Virus record (IMG/VR): IMGVR_UViG_3300021431_000002
DNA: 64,000 nt
Strand: one strand, 5' to 3'
From: a virus
Lineage: Duplodnaviria > Heunggongvirae > Uroviricota > Caudoviricetes
Shown here: piece by piece, positions 1 through 8,769 of the stretch
Layout of the letters: every line of letters starts with the position of its first letter
Numbering within the stretch: position 1 is the stretch's first letter
Position numbers and translations under genes: made by a program
The notes under the pieces: generated by a model
The model's database searches: none
Seen by the model: only the letters and a program-made list of their open reading frames with translations
What the model was told of the DNA's origin: nothing

Positions 1-1
1 T

Positions 2-832
2 CTGACGAATCTCAAATGCATTATGTCTTGCATTTTCTGCTGTACCATTACCGACTGAGAATAATGTGTTACCAGCGTTACCAAACGTTGTAGAAGCACT
101 AGATGATACATTATATCTACCGCTAGCGTGCTCTGATTGGTTATTTGCAACTGTATTAAATCCTTCAGCGTGAGATTGTTCACCAAATGCTTTTGTGGAA
201 GCACCTTCAATAATACTATTTGTTCCAGTACCAGCACTGATTGGAAGGTCAAGAGATATAACGTTATTAGTAATATCAATTGCTCTACCTTCTGTAAGAA
301 CATCTTGCTTTGCGCCAAGTGCATTAGCAATCTGTGTTGCACCGCTTGTCTCAGACTTGGTATAATAATTGCTCAAGTCTATTGGCGTATATGCTGAAGC
401 ATCAAGTTTCCTTTCATTTAGGTCGTTCAATGCAGCAGATACAATTTTCTCATTCTCAATAATAACATCAGTGATTGATGATGATGTGAATCCGCTTCCA
501 ACAAGGTCATCAATTTCTGAAGCATCAAGTTTCCTTTCATTTAGGTCGTTCAATTCTGCTGAAATCACACGCTCATTTTCTTCAATTACCTCTGTTACTG
601 TTGTTTCATTGTCTGTAAATCCACTACCAAGTTTCTTTTCAGTGTAATAATTATCAGATGAAAATGTAACGACATCCCCACTCTCATTCTTGATTGACAA
701 TGTTTCAACGTTTTCAGCGAAGTTGATGGCTATCTCACCTTCAACAATGTCTGAAGCCAACGGTAGCTTTGGTTTACCGTCAATGATTTGTTTGCTCTTC
801 TTATGAGAGACAAAATTTGCATTTTTTGCCAT
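2..832 (-). CDS. Tail-fibre/adhesin-like virion protein, partial (runs off the left edge)
   Basis: Absent from the ORF track because it has no stop in the window. Translated by hand from ATG 832: MAKNANFVSHKK...VEGEIAINF...SHAEGFNTVA...FSVGNGTAENARHNAFEIRQ. The EGEIAIN N-terminus and SHAEG/EHASG repeats resemble trimeric fibre/YadA-type heads. Confidence 0.7.
   Translation of the reverse strand, partial: MAKNANFVSHKKSKQIIDGKPKLPLASDIVEGEIAINFAENVETLSIKNESGDVVTFSSDNYYTEKKLGSGFTDNETTVTEVIEENERVISAELNDLNERKLDASEIDDLVGSGFTSSSITDVIIENEKIVSAALNDLNERKLDASAYTPIDLSNYYTKSETSGATQIANALGAKQDVLTEGRAIDITNNVISLDLPISAGTGTNSIIEGASTKAFGEQSHAEGFNTVANNQSEHASGRYNVSSSASTTFGNAGNTLFSVGNGTAENARHNAFEIRQ
394..553. repeat. 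Intragenic direct repeat (about 38 bp; encodes LNDLNERKLDAS twice)
   Basis: ctgaagcatcaagtttcctttcatttaggtcgttcaat occurs near 394 and again near 517. Confidence 0.85.
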
Positions 833-958
833 AAATTTAATTTCTTTTTTAATAGGTTTTATTATTGGAAATATAGATTTCATAAAAGGGTAAGAATACC
901 AGCTTATTTAAAAATCTATTAAAATATATCTTTCTATATAAATATCATTTATAAAATA

Positions 959-992
959 AAAATGGATAACCAAAATAGATTATCCATTTTTT
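959..992. terminator. Intrinsic terminator hairpin
   Basis: aaaaatggataa...ttatccattttt inverted repeat with A/T tails, downstream of 1012..2403. Confidence 0.6.
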
Positions 993-1011
993 ATAAATTA
1001 TATATTCCAAA

Positions 1012-2403
1012 TTAATCTGCTTTAACGGTATATATAGTGTGCTCAACACCTTCCTCAGTAACTGTACTTGCCTCAGTGTGATAGCCTTCAGCAAGGAATG
1101 ATGTACCAGGTCCCTCAGCAGTATTATTTCCTGGGTCGAAATCATAGAACTTGCCACCATATACAATAATCTTAGCTGTTCCATCTGTACGATTAGCATC
1201 ATAGCAGTTCAATAAGAATTTCTTGTCATCACCGTTATTTTTGAATACACCAGCATATATGTTGATTGTACCAAGATAACAATAGATAAGTTCACCACCA
1301 CTTCTGTCAGTTACATAAGTAGGTTCAGAACCAAACATTCCAGTAGTACCACTTAAGTTGATTACTGTATCAGCACCATTTGCCTCAACAGCGATACGTC
1401 CATCAGCATCGAAAGTTCCCTTACCCATAATGGTAAGTTTTTGTTTTCCTCTTGTCATAATACCAGGGTTAGTTGTAGTTTGTCCACTAAATGTAAGGTT
1501 CTTTCCGTTTAGATTCAACGTTGTTTCATTCTTAGACGTGATTCCACCAGCGTATGTTGATGTTGTTGTGTCCTCTCCTAGCTTAACCGTTCCACTCTTC
1601 TTCATCATATTGTTGAAAGTTCCGTCAGCAGGAACACCCCACTCGACATCACCACCAAGGTCTCCTACTATTTCCTTAAGTTTTTTATAATCAGAGATTA
1701 TTTTGTCAATTTCAGTTTGTTTCTCTGCAACAATCGTATCGACTTGTTCTTTCGTGTAAACATTGCTTGAAAGAGCCTCAAAATCTGTTTGTGATGCCTT
1801 TAAGTCTATTGCTTCTTGCAATTCGTCATCTTTGAGTTTTAACGTTGCTATATCACTTGAAATTGGTGTTATTTGGGCTTCTATTGCCTCCACGTCTGCT
1901 GAGTCTGCTTTTCCAGACACAGCGTTAGCGATTTCTGTTTGAACATCGGCAGTTTTGGCGTATTCATCCATTGAAGGAATGTCAGATTTATTTGCTTTTT
2001 CATCAAGTTTTGAATCTACCTCATCTTTTGTATAAAAAGAGTCTCCACTAATAATGTCTTTAAAATCGACATCTATTTCTTCTTTTCCAGACTCAGTATT
2101 GAAAGTTATTTTAAGTACAGTTCCATCAAGTTCAACTGACTCAATCATTCCATCTTTGATAAAATCTGTTGTGTCGATTGAAGCGATTTCTTTTTCATTG
2201 GCTAAGAAAACTATTTTGTTTTCATTTTTCTCATAAGACACATTATCTACTTTACTTTTTTTAAGTTCTTCGATGTCTTTTAGTTCTTGCTCGTCATTTT
2301 TTTTGCTTTCAGCCAAATCGTCTTCTACGGCAGATTTTTTACTGATGTAGCTATTTGCCTCTTGGTATCCCCAAGGCTCATACATTCTGTATTTTCCCAT
2401 CAC
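1012..2403 (-). CDS. Fibre-like virion protein (coiled-coil shaft, beta-rich C-terminus)
   Basis: 463 aa; YTKxEVD/KAD coiled-coil motifs, DFIKDGM motif, C-terminal TLNLNG/GGKF beta-repeat-like region. Confidence 0.6.
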   Translation of the reverse strand: MMGKYRMYEPWGYQEANSYISKKSAVEDDLAESKKNDEQELKDIEELKKSKVDNVSYEKNENKIVFLANEKEIASIDTTDFIKDGMIESVELDGTVLKITFNTESGKEEIDVDFKDIISGDSFYTKDEVDSKLDEKANKSDIPSMDEYAKTADVQTEIANAVSGKADSADVEAIEAQITPISSDIATLKLKDDELQEAIDLKASQTDFEALSSNVYTKEQVDTIVAEKQTEIDKIISDYKKLKEIVGDLGGDVEWGVPADGTFNNMMKKSGTVKLGEDTTTSTYAGGITSKNETTLNLNGKNLTFSGQTTTNPGIMTRGKQKLTIMGKGTFDADGRIAVEANGADTVINLSGTTGMFGSEPTYVTDRSGGELIYCYLGTINIYAGVFKNNGDDKKFLLNCYDANRTDGTAKIIVYGGKFYDFDPGNNTAEGPGTSFLAEGYHTEASTVTEEGVEHTIYTVKAD

Positions 2404-2434
2404 ATTATAAGAGTTAAAATTAAATTATTTTTCA

Positions 2435-4465
2435 TTAATAAGTCTCATGCGCAAGCATCGCAAGAAGGTTGTTTATTTTCATGTATTCACCTTCAATCCA
2501 CATGTAAACGTCTCCGTTTCTTCTTATTTCGAATGCATTTTTTCTATCGAAATCTGAAGTTCCATTTCCTATTGCGAATGAGGTTTTTTCGGAGTCATCA
2601 ATACCACTATGTGTTACGTTATATGTTCCAAATGCCACTTCATGTGGGTTGCTAGTCTGGATTCCTTCTCCTATTATTGTAATCGCACTGATTGCTTCCT
2701 TTATGTCATGAATCTCACGGTGCATGACATCTACAATTCCATTACCCTCGTCTGTATAGTCTTTACGGTCATCACCATCCCAATCCGTAAGAGCCTTAAC
2801 GATATTGGATGTGTGAGCCAAAGAATTAGATATGGCATTCTCTTTACCGACAGCTCTTAATGTCTCTTGTCGTATAGCATTAGTCAACGAAGACTCAACA
2901 TTCTGCGCACGTAATGTTTCTTCGCTTATTTTGCTGTCTATTGATGCCTCTATCTCTCCTTTAATTGCATTAACATATGCCTTGTCAGCCTTTGCGGTAA
3001 TTTGCCTCTCTAAATCAGCCTTGGTCTCGTCAACATAATCTCTAACAGCACTATCCTTAACGTCTGTATATCCTTTAGCCTCGTTCAGTGCGTTGTTTGC
3101 AACATTCTTAGCATATTTCTTAGCACCATAGATGGTATTATCCTCTTCTCTGTCACTTGCGCTGCCAATGATTGCGTTATCACCATCAACCCTGTCATTA
3201 ATTTCTTTGTTTAAGTCTCTTATAAGGTTAGAAATTTTTTCGTCTCTCTCAATGTTTTCTTCCCTTATATCGTCTATTCTGCCATTGGCATCATCTATTC
3301 TTTGCCCAAGAGCGTTATCACCAGCTATTCTATCCCTTGTTTCTTGCTCTAAGTCAGAAGCGACATCGCTGATTGAGCCGCTTACTGCTCTAAGTTCTGT
3401 TCTGTCAGCTTTCCTATCATCTAGTGAATCTAACTGTACGCCAAACCTAGCCTTATCCCTCTCATAATCAGTTTTATCAACTTTATCATTAAGACTATCA
3501 GATAAATTATTAACTCTAGACTCTAGCGTGTCCAAATCAGCTTTATCAGCCTTGCTAGGTAATGCAACATTATTAATCTCATTGATGTCGCTGGTATTAT
3601 TTGCTACATTTTCTGTTAACTCAGCAATATCTTCTTGAATATCAGCAATTTCATCATCATACCTTGTTTCTAGAGTATCTAGTTTGTCATTTATGGCATC
3701 AATTTTACCATTTGTTACAGTCTTGTATTGGGTTAAATCACTATTAAGCTCATTGTACTGGTTGTATAGTGTTGTTTGAATATCTCCAACTCTATCTTCC
3801 AATGCATTAAGTCTAGCTTTACTTGCATATTTACCGTCTGCATCTGTTTCGGTTATAAAACCTCTGTTTAATACCCATTCTTGAGTTGCATACTCATCCC
3901 CAATGTGCGCAATTTTGTCATCAACTTCTTGTTTTGTGTAAACGTCAGACTTCTTCGCAAATGCGTCATAAGCCTCACTTTCATCAAGTTTTTTATCTAT
4001 TTTATCCTCCAAAGAATCTAGTCTAGCATCCGTTTCTTCTTCGAAAGTGGATTCTTGTGAAATATGTTGGTTTAATCTGCTATCAACTGAATCAACCTTA
4101 GTTGATAAATTTCCCAATTCGTCATAAATTGGATTAAAATCATCTACAATCTCATTGATTTTAGTTGTAATTTCTTCATCACGTCTTTCAAGACCATCAA
4201 TTCTTTCCCTATTTTTATTGATACCCTTCGCAAGCCATTTATTAATCATGTCTTGTTTATCCATAAAAGTATCAACCTTGCCACTAAGTGAATCTACTGT
4301 TGTTTTATCAGCCTTTCCACTTGTAGCTCCAGAAATAGCATTTATTTCTTTGTCTTGCTCTTTATTTGTCTCACGAATATCGCTTAAGTCAACGTTTGGC
4401 AACCCCATATAAACGTTTTGGTCAACATATCCGTAGAACTCTAGGTGTCTTATTTTTTTCCCCAT
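2435..4465 (-). CDS. Long coiled-coil fibre-like virion protein
   Basis: 676 aa, heptad-rich; C-terminal FAIGNGTSDFDRKNAFEIRRNG motif is shared with the 2..832 protein. Confidence 0.6.
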   Translation of the reverse strand: MGKKIRHLEFYGYVDQNVYMGLPNVDLSDIRETNKEQDKEINAISGATSGKADKTTVDSLSGKVDTFMDKQDMINKWLAKGINKNRERIDGLERRDEEITTKINEIVDDFNPIYDELGNLSTKVDSVDSRLNQHISQESTFEEETDARLDSLEDKIDKKLDESEAYDAFAKKSDVYTKQEVDDKIAHIGDEYATQEWVLNRGFITETDADGKYASKARLNALEDRVGDIQTTLYNQYNELNSDLTQYKTVTNGKIDAINDKLDTLETRYDDEIADIQEDIAELTENVANNTSDINEINNVALPSKADKADLDTLESRVNNLSDSLNDKVDKTDYERDKARFGVQLDSLDDRKADRTELRAVSGSISDVASDLEQETRDRIAGDNALGQRIDDANGRIDDIREENIERDEKISNLIRDLNKEINDRVDGDNAIIGSASDREEDNTIYGAKKYAKNVANNALNEAKGYTDVKDSAVRDYVDETKADLERQITAKADKAYVNAIKGEIEASIDSKISEETLRAQNVESSLTNAIRQETLRAVGKENAISNSLAHTSNIVKALTDWDGDDRKDYTDEGNGIVDVMHREIHDIKEAISAITIIGEGIQTSNPHEVAFGTYNVTHSGIDDSEKTSFAIGNGTSDFDRKNAFEIRRNGDVYMWIEGEYMKINNLLAMLAHETY

Positions 4466-4765
4466 AATTTTATGATTAATCTTATAAATTACGTTTTTAT
4501 TTTATGTTTAGTACTATTATTCTATAAATAGTATTTTTTAAGTAAAAAGATTAGCATATTATTAAAAAATAAAAGTGGTGATTGAAATCACTTCAGCCAC
4601 CACCTAATATTTACGTAATTAAAGTTTGCATAAATGTTTATTAGAATAACACCTAGCATATAACAAATATCACAAATATTTCAAAATTAATAATTTTTAT
4701 ATTAAAATATTTGGCTGTCTCAAATATTTTTCGTATATTTACATCAAGAACAAATAGCATAAAAT

Positions 4766-4987
4766 ATGAGAAACGGTTATTGGAAATGCCAATTTGAAAA
4801 TAAAAATGGCGAAATTATAGAGAAAACCATCTATGCGAAGACATCACATGATGCATTCAAACACACTTTTGAAATGGGCGTTAGAATTGATATGTCTCCA
4901 AAATACGAAACTTTGAGAGAAGCCACTGACAAAGAGGTAAAAAAATTTAAGAGGATGATAAGAAATAAACAAAAAAATAATGGTTGA
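4766..4987 (+). CDS. Small hypothetical (early-type) protein
   Basis: 73 aa ORF behind a near-consensus Bacteroidota promoter (TTTG 4710, TATATTTA 4734). Confidence 0.6.
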   Translation: MRNGYWKCQFENKNGEIIEKTIYAKTSHDAFKHTFEMGVRIDMSPKYETLREATDKEVKKFKRMIRNKQKNNG

Positions 4988-5002
4988 ATAATGCCGCAAT
5001 AA

Positions 5003-5034
5003 TTTGGTTTTTTAATTTTTTTTATATATTTTTG
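5003..5034 (+). promoter_or_regulatory. Bacteroidota sigmaA-type promoter
   Basis: TTTG (5003-5006), 20 nt spacer, TATTTTTG (5027-5034). Confidence 0.65.
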
Positions 5035-5052
5035 CCAAAATTAATAAAAATT

Positions 5053-5559
5053 ATGGTAAACATTTATATGGCTGCGTACAAAGATTACGCTAATTACGAA
5101 GAATTAAAAACTGTTTGCGATAGAATTACAAGTGACATGAATAAAGATAACGTCACATTTTTTGTTACAACAGGAGAATCTGGTGATAATACTTGCTTCA
5201 AATATGCAAGAGATAACGGTTTTAAAATCGAAGATTGGTTTCCAAAAGAAGAATTCGATGAGCTAAAAAAATCTACTAAAGAAAATGGGCATTGGATGGA
5301 GTTTTACAACGCTAAAAAAATGAAAAAAGCTGAGTATATTTCAAAAGCAGACCATGTTATTCTAGTAAGTGATTATGATGCTAAAAATAACGGCATTGGA
5401 TATGCTTTAAGACTTGCTTCTAAAAACGGAAAAACAATATCTGTATTATATCCCGACAAAAAAGAAATACATGTACATAAAATATCTAATCCAAATACCA
5501 CTTATGTATATAGCGTAAATAATGGGTCTATGAATTTTGTTGGAAGAGTAAGAACATAA
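5053..5559 (+). CDS. Divergent SLOG-superfamily (YspA/DUF2493-like) protein
   Basis: Likely start ATG 5053. The pattern NYEELKTVCD...GESGDNTCFKYARDNGF...ADHVILVSD...GIGYALRLASKNGK parallels the DUF2493 pattern DYELL..CD..GADxLGERYA..ADALIAFWD..GTxxMIxxA. Confidence 0.5.
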   Translation: MVNIYMAAYKDYANYEELKTVCDRITSDMNKDNVTFFVTTGESGDNTCFKYARDNGFKIEDWFPKEEFDELKKSTKENGHWMEFYNAKKMKKAEYISKADHVILVSDYDAKNNGIGYALRLASKNGKTISVLYPDKKEIHVHKISNPNTTYVYSVNNGSMNFVGRVRT

Positions 5560-5837
5560 TGGATAAAAAAAATTATATATCTCCTTATGATAGCAACGAT
5601 GTCGATGTTATCATTGAAAAATTAGTTGAAGATTATATTATTGATGATATTTCTAACGAAAAAGACTACGATGAGTTAGAAACAATTATTAACAACTGTA
5701 TAAAAAACTTCAATGAAAAAATTATAAATGATGATGAATTGGATGAAGACGAAGACATGGATTATCAAGATTTAAAAGATAACATGTACCAATCCATAAA
5801 AAACTCAGTTAAAAAAAATTATAGCAAATCATTATAA
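5559..5837 (+). CDS. Small acidic hypothetical protein
   Basis: 92 aa, D/E-rich, coupled (TAATG) to the upstream gene. Confidence 0.6.
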   Translation: MDKKNYISPYDSNDVDVIIEKLVEDYIIDDISNEKDYDELETIINNCIKNFNEKIINDDELDEDEDMDYQDLKDNMYQSIKNSVKKNYSKSL

Positions 5838-5841
5838 TAAA

Positions 5842-5872
5842 TAAAGGGAACGCATCAGTAGTTCCCTTTATT
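5842..5872. terminator. Bidirectional terminator between convergent genes
   Basis: aaagggaac...gttcccttt hairpin. Confidence 0.65.
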
Positions 5873-8257
5873 TATTTGTTCTATATAGTCTACAATATCT
5901 ATTGGAGATTTAACGCCATTAGTAATTTTATCTTGGTCTATACCATCACCCCAAGAACACCCAATAAATTGTATGTTTGCTGAGTTTGACTCTGCGCCAT
6001 CAGAAGCCCTATCACCAATACTTAAACATTCTTGTGGTAAAATACCCATAATATCTAATACCTCTTCCATTCTTTTATGTTTCGGCCATCCATTCCTATT
6101 ACCTTTTACAGCAACTGGATTTAATCCATAATAATTTATTGTTTCTTGTGCAAATAATTGATTACATTTTGTTACGACTCCCCATTTTATGCCATTACTC
6201 TCTAAATATCGTATTAACTCTTTTATTCCGTTATATATGATATTTTTTCCAACATATTTTGATGCTGCAATCCACGCTTTTTTCCTATCTGTTGGTGTAC
6301 CTTTTACTAAACTAGCATTTCGTCTAATATCTAACGTACCATCTGTGTTGAAAAGCGTATAATCGAAATCAAATATTACACCTTTAATCATAGGTTTCTG
6401 GAGTGAATTATCATCTTCAGTTATCAAAGCATTTTTCTTTTTTACACTCTCAGATAAAGAATATGCGTTAGTCAAACAAAGAATATTTGAGTCCTCAACC
6501 CCATTATTGTGTAAAGCGTTTATAAGAAGTTTCAATGTTGAACCAGTACTTATATCCTCATCGAATAACAAATATTTTTTTGATTTAAATCTCTCAAAAT
6601 ATTTAGGGTCATTTACCGCATTTTTATTAGCAACGACATACATGTCTTTGACATACTTACGATATTTACCACCAAAATCAACTATTTTTCCCCTTTGAAG
6701 ACTAAAATCAATTTTAACACCATCTGTTAATAATTTTTCTTTATACTTTACAAAAATATTAGCCATTTCGCTACCAGCCTTCATGAATGCTTTCATCAAT
6801 ATATCATTTCCAAATACAACATTATTGACATATTTCTGATAAGTATTGTACTCTTTAGATAACTTAATGTGAGAATTATCTAGCATAACACTATTTTTGA
6901 AATACTGCGATAAATTATCGTTGTTAGCCATATTTGAAAAATAGGTGAGAAATACCCATTCTTTAAGTATTAAAATTATTCTATCCGTAGGTATTTTGTT
7001 ACCTAGCGCATTTGTAAAATAATCGTTATATTCATAAAAAAACTTTTCAATTGGCTGACCCATAAAATATATTATTTCAGCAATGCCTTTCTGTCTTGCA
7101 GTTCTTTTGAAAGAAGTGATTTCTTTTTCTTCGACACCATCTTTTCTCATTGCATCTTCATCCATAGACACATTAATCATATCTCTGTCAAAAAAATTAC
7201 TTTGATATGGCACTCCTATTTTATTTGATAGTCTAGTACAATAATATAAATTAAATTTAGATGAAGATGGCGCATCAATAATAACAGAAGGATTAAAAGA
7301 TTCACATTTTAAAGCATAAGCTGCGCCCATTACTGATTTATCAATGAATTCAGAAATAGATGTATAGTTTTCATCACCATAGCCATATTTTTTTCTAGTT
7401 AAATTATCAGCACCATTTAAAGAAAAATTGCCGCTAATATTTGGAGTAACACCTTTATCATATCTTATCTTAAATGGTTGATAAACATTTTTTTTGTCTA
7501 GTACTTTTTCTCTATTAGTATCACTTACGCCAAAAGTTTCTGCATTCTTATCATTACCCCTAATATACCCATGCTTAATAATATCACTAAAATTGAAATC
7601 ACCCATTCTAAACAATGAAATTACATTAACATTTGTAAATGGTACTTTCATTAACCTATATCTAGGGATTCTATCAGTTTTAGTAAATCTTTCGTCATTA
7701 GCATTACTAAGTGGTTTTTCGTACTGTGAGGCTGCTCTTTCAGCGTTATTTAAATTTGTAGATAACTTACTAATAACAGAATTAATTGGAGCACCTTGGC
7801 TTAACAAACGAATATTTTTCAAAACAGTTGTTTTAGGTCCATTTTCAATCATATCATACTGGTCAAGGTTAAATGTTTTATTAAATTCATTGTATATATT
7901 TCCAATATTAGATTGATTAAAATTTCTAATAAAATTTATAACATCACGGTACATTCTTGCAGTTTCAGCAACACTATGCCCAACTTTTTTTTGTTGAAAC
8001 ATATGCCATTTACGTCCAGGTTTACCCTCTCTAGATTTTTCTATAGAACCATCACCGTTTAAAATGTCATTCCTAGTTCCAAACAATCTAGTATCCACAC
8101 CTTGACTATCCACATCTAAACTACTATTGTTGATTGATGCGTTGAAAGAATTTTTTTGTGGGTCATATTTTACATCCAACCCTTCTTTCAAAAGCCTAAT
8201 TTTCTCTTCATTTAAATGTATCTTTTTTATATTTCTTCTCTTAATATGTAATATCAT
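5855..8257 (-). CDS. Phosphoribosyltransferase (type I PRTase) + HAD phosphatase fusion
   Basis: 800 aa. PRTase elements IIDAPSSS and PRPP loop LLFDEDISTGSTL; C-terminal HAD motifs GVIFDFDYTL, VVT, K, IGDRASDG. Confidence 0.75.
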   Translation of the reverse strand: MILHIKRRNIKKIHLNEEKIRLLKEGLDVKYDPQKNSFNASINNSSLDVDSQGVDTRLFGTRNDILNGDGSIEKSREGKPGRKWHMFQQKKVGHSVAETARMYRDVINFIRNFNQSNIGNIYNEFNKTFNLDQYDMIENGPKTTVLKNIRLLSQGAPINSVISKLSTNLNNAERAASQYEKPLSNANDERFTKTDRIPRYRLMKVPFTNVNVISLFRMGDFNFSDIIKHGYIRGNDKNAETFGVSDTNREKVLDKKNVYQPFKIRYDKGVTPNISGNFSLNGADNLTRKKYGYGDENYTSISEFIDKSVMGAAYALKCESFNPSVIIDAPSSSKFNLYYCTRLSNKIGVPYQSNFFDRDMINVSMDEDAMRKDGVEEKEITSFKRTARQKGIAEIIYFMGQPIEKFFYEYNDYFTNALGNKIPTDRIILILKEWVFLTYFSNMANNDNLSQYFKNSVMLDNSHIKLSKEYNTYQKYVNNVVFGNDILMKAFMKAGSEMANIFVKYKEKLLTDGVKIDFSLQRGKIVDFGGKYRKYVKDMYVVANKNAVNDPKYFERFKSKKYLLFDEDISTGSTLKLLINALHNNGVEDSNILCLTNAYSLSESVKKKNALITEDDNSLQKPMIKGVIFDFDYTLFNTDGTLDIRRNASLVKGTPTDRKKAWIAASKYVGKNIIYNGIKELIRYLESNGIKWGVVTKCNQLFAQETINYYGLNPVAVKGNRNGWPKHKRMEEVLDIMGILPQECLSIGDRASDGAESNSANIQFIGCSWGDGIDQDKITNGVKSPIDIVDYIEQINKGNY

Positions 8258-8267
8258 ACTAATATGA

Positions 8268-8645
8268 TTATGCTATACAAATATTATTCACCTTTAAAAA
8301 CTTATTTATTTCCTCCATAACTATTCTACTAACAATTGACTCGTTTTTCTCCCATTCATAGTCGATATTATCCCTCTCGCCATTATAGGCATAATAATCC
8401 CCTAAATTTTGTTGTTTCTGAGGCTTCTGAGGTGTTCTAACTGTCTGTTGGCTATTGTAGTCCAATAACTCTTTTAAGTGCCTTGTAAGGGCTGTATATA
8501 AACTTTGGTCATAACCCTTCTTTCCACCGACTCTCTTCATATGGTATCCTAGTTTCTCAGCAAATACATGGATTGACCTAGGAGAGATATTCTTTCCTAA
8601 AGACATCCTAAATTTCTTACTCATTTCTTGTGCTGACCATATCAT
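8268..8645 (-). CDS. Hypothetical protein, possible winged-HTH N-terminus
   Basis: 125 aa; SAQEMSKK..ISPRSIHVFAEKLG; C-terminal NESIVSRIVMEEINKFL motif. Confidence 0.55.
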   Translation of the reverse strand: MIWSAQEMSKKFRMSLGKNISPRSIHVFAEKLGYHMKRVGGKKGYDQSLYTALTRHLKELLDYNSQQTVRTPQKPQKQQNLGDYYAYNGERDNIDYEWEKNESIVSRIVMEEINKFLKVNNICIA

Positions 8646-8669
8646 AATTTAACATTTTTTATATAAATA

Positions 8670-8701
8670 TTTGTTTTTTACAGTTTTTTAACATATCTTT
8701 G
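8670..8701 (+). promoter_or_regulatory. Bacteroidota sigmaA-type promoter of the DNA polymerase gene
   Basis: TTTG (8670), 20 nt spacer, TATCTTTG (8694-8701). Confidence 0.7.
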
Positions 8702-8769
8702 CATAAACTAAGAAGTGATGGCATCTAGATATGACCTATAGCTTCCAATAATGATATTAACAATTCAAA

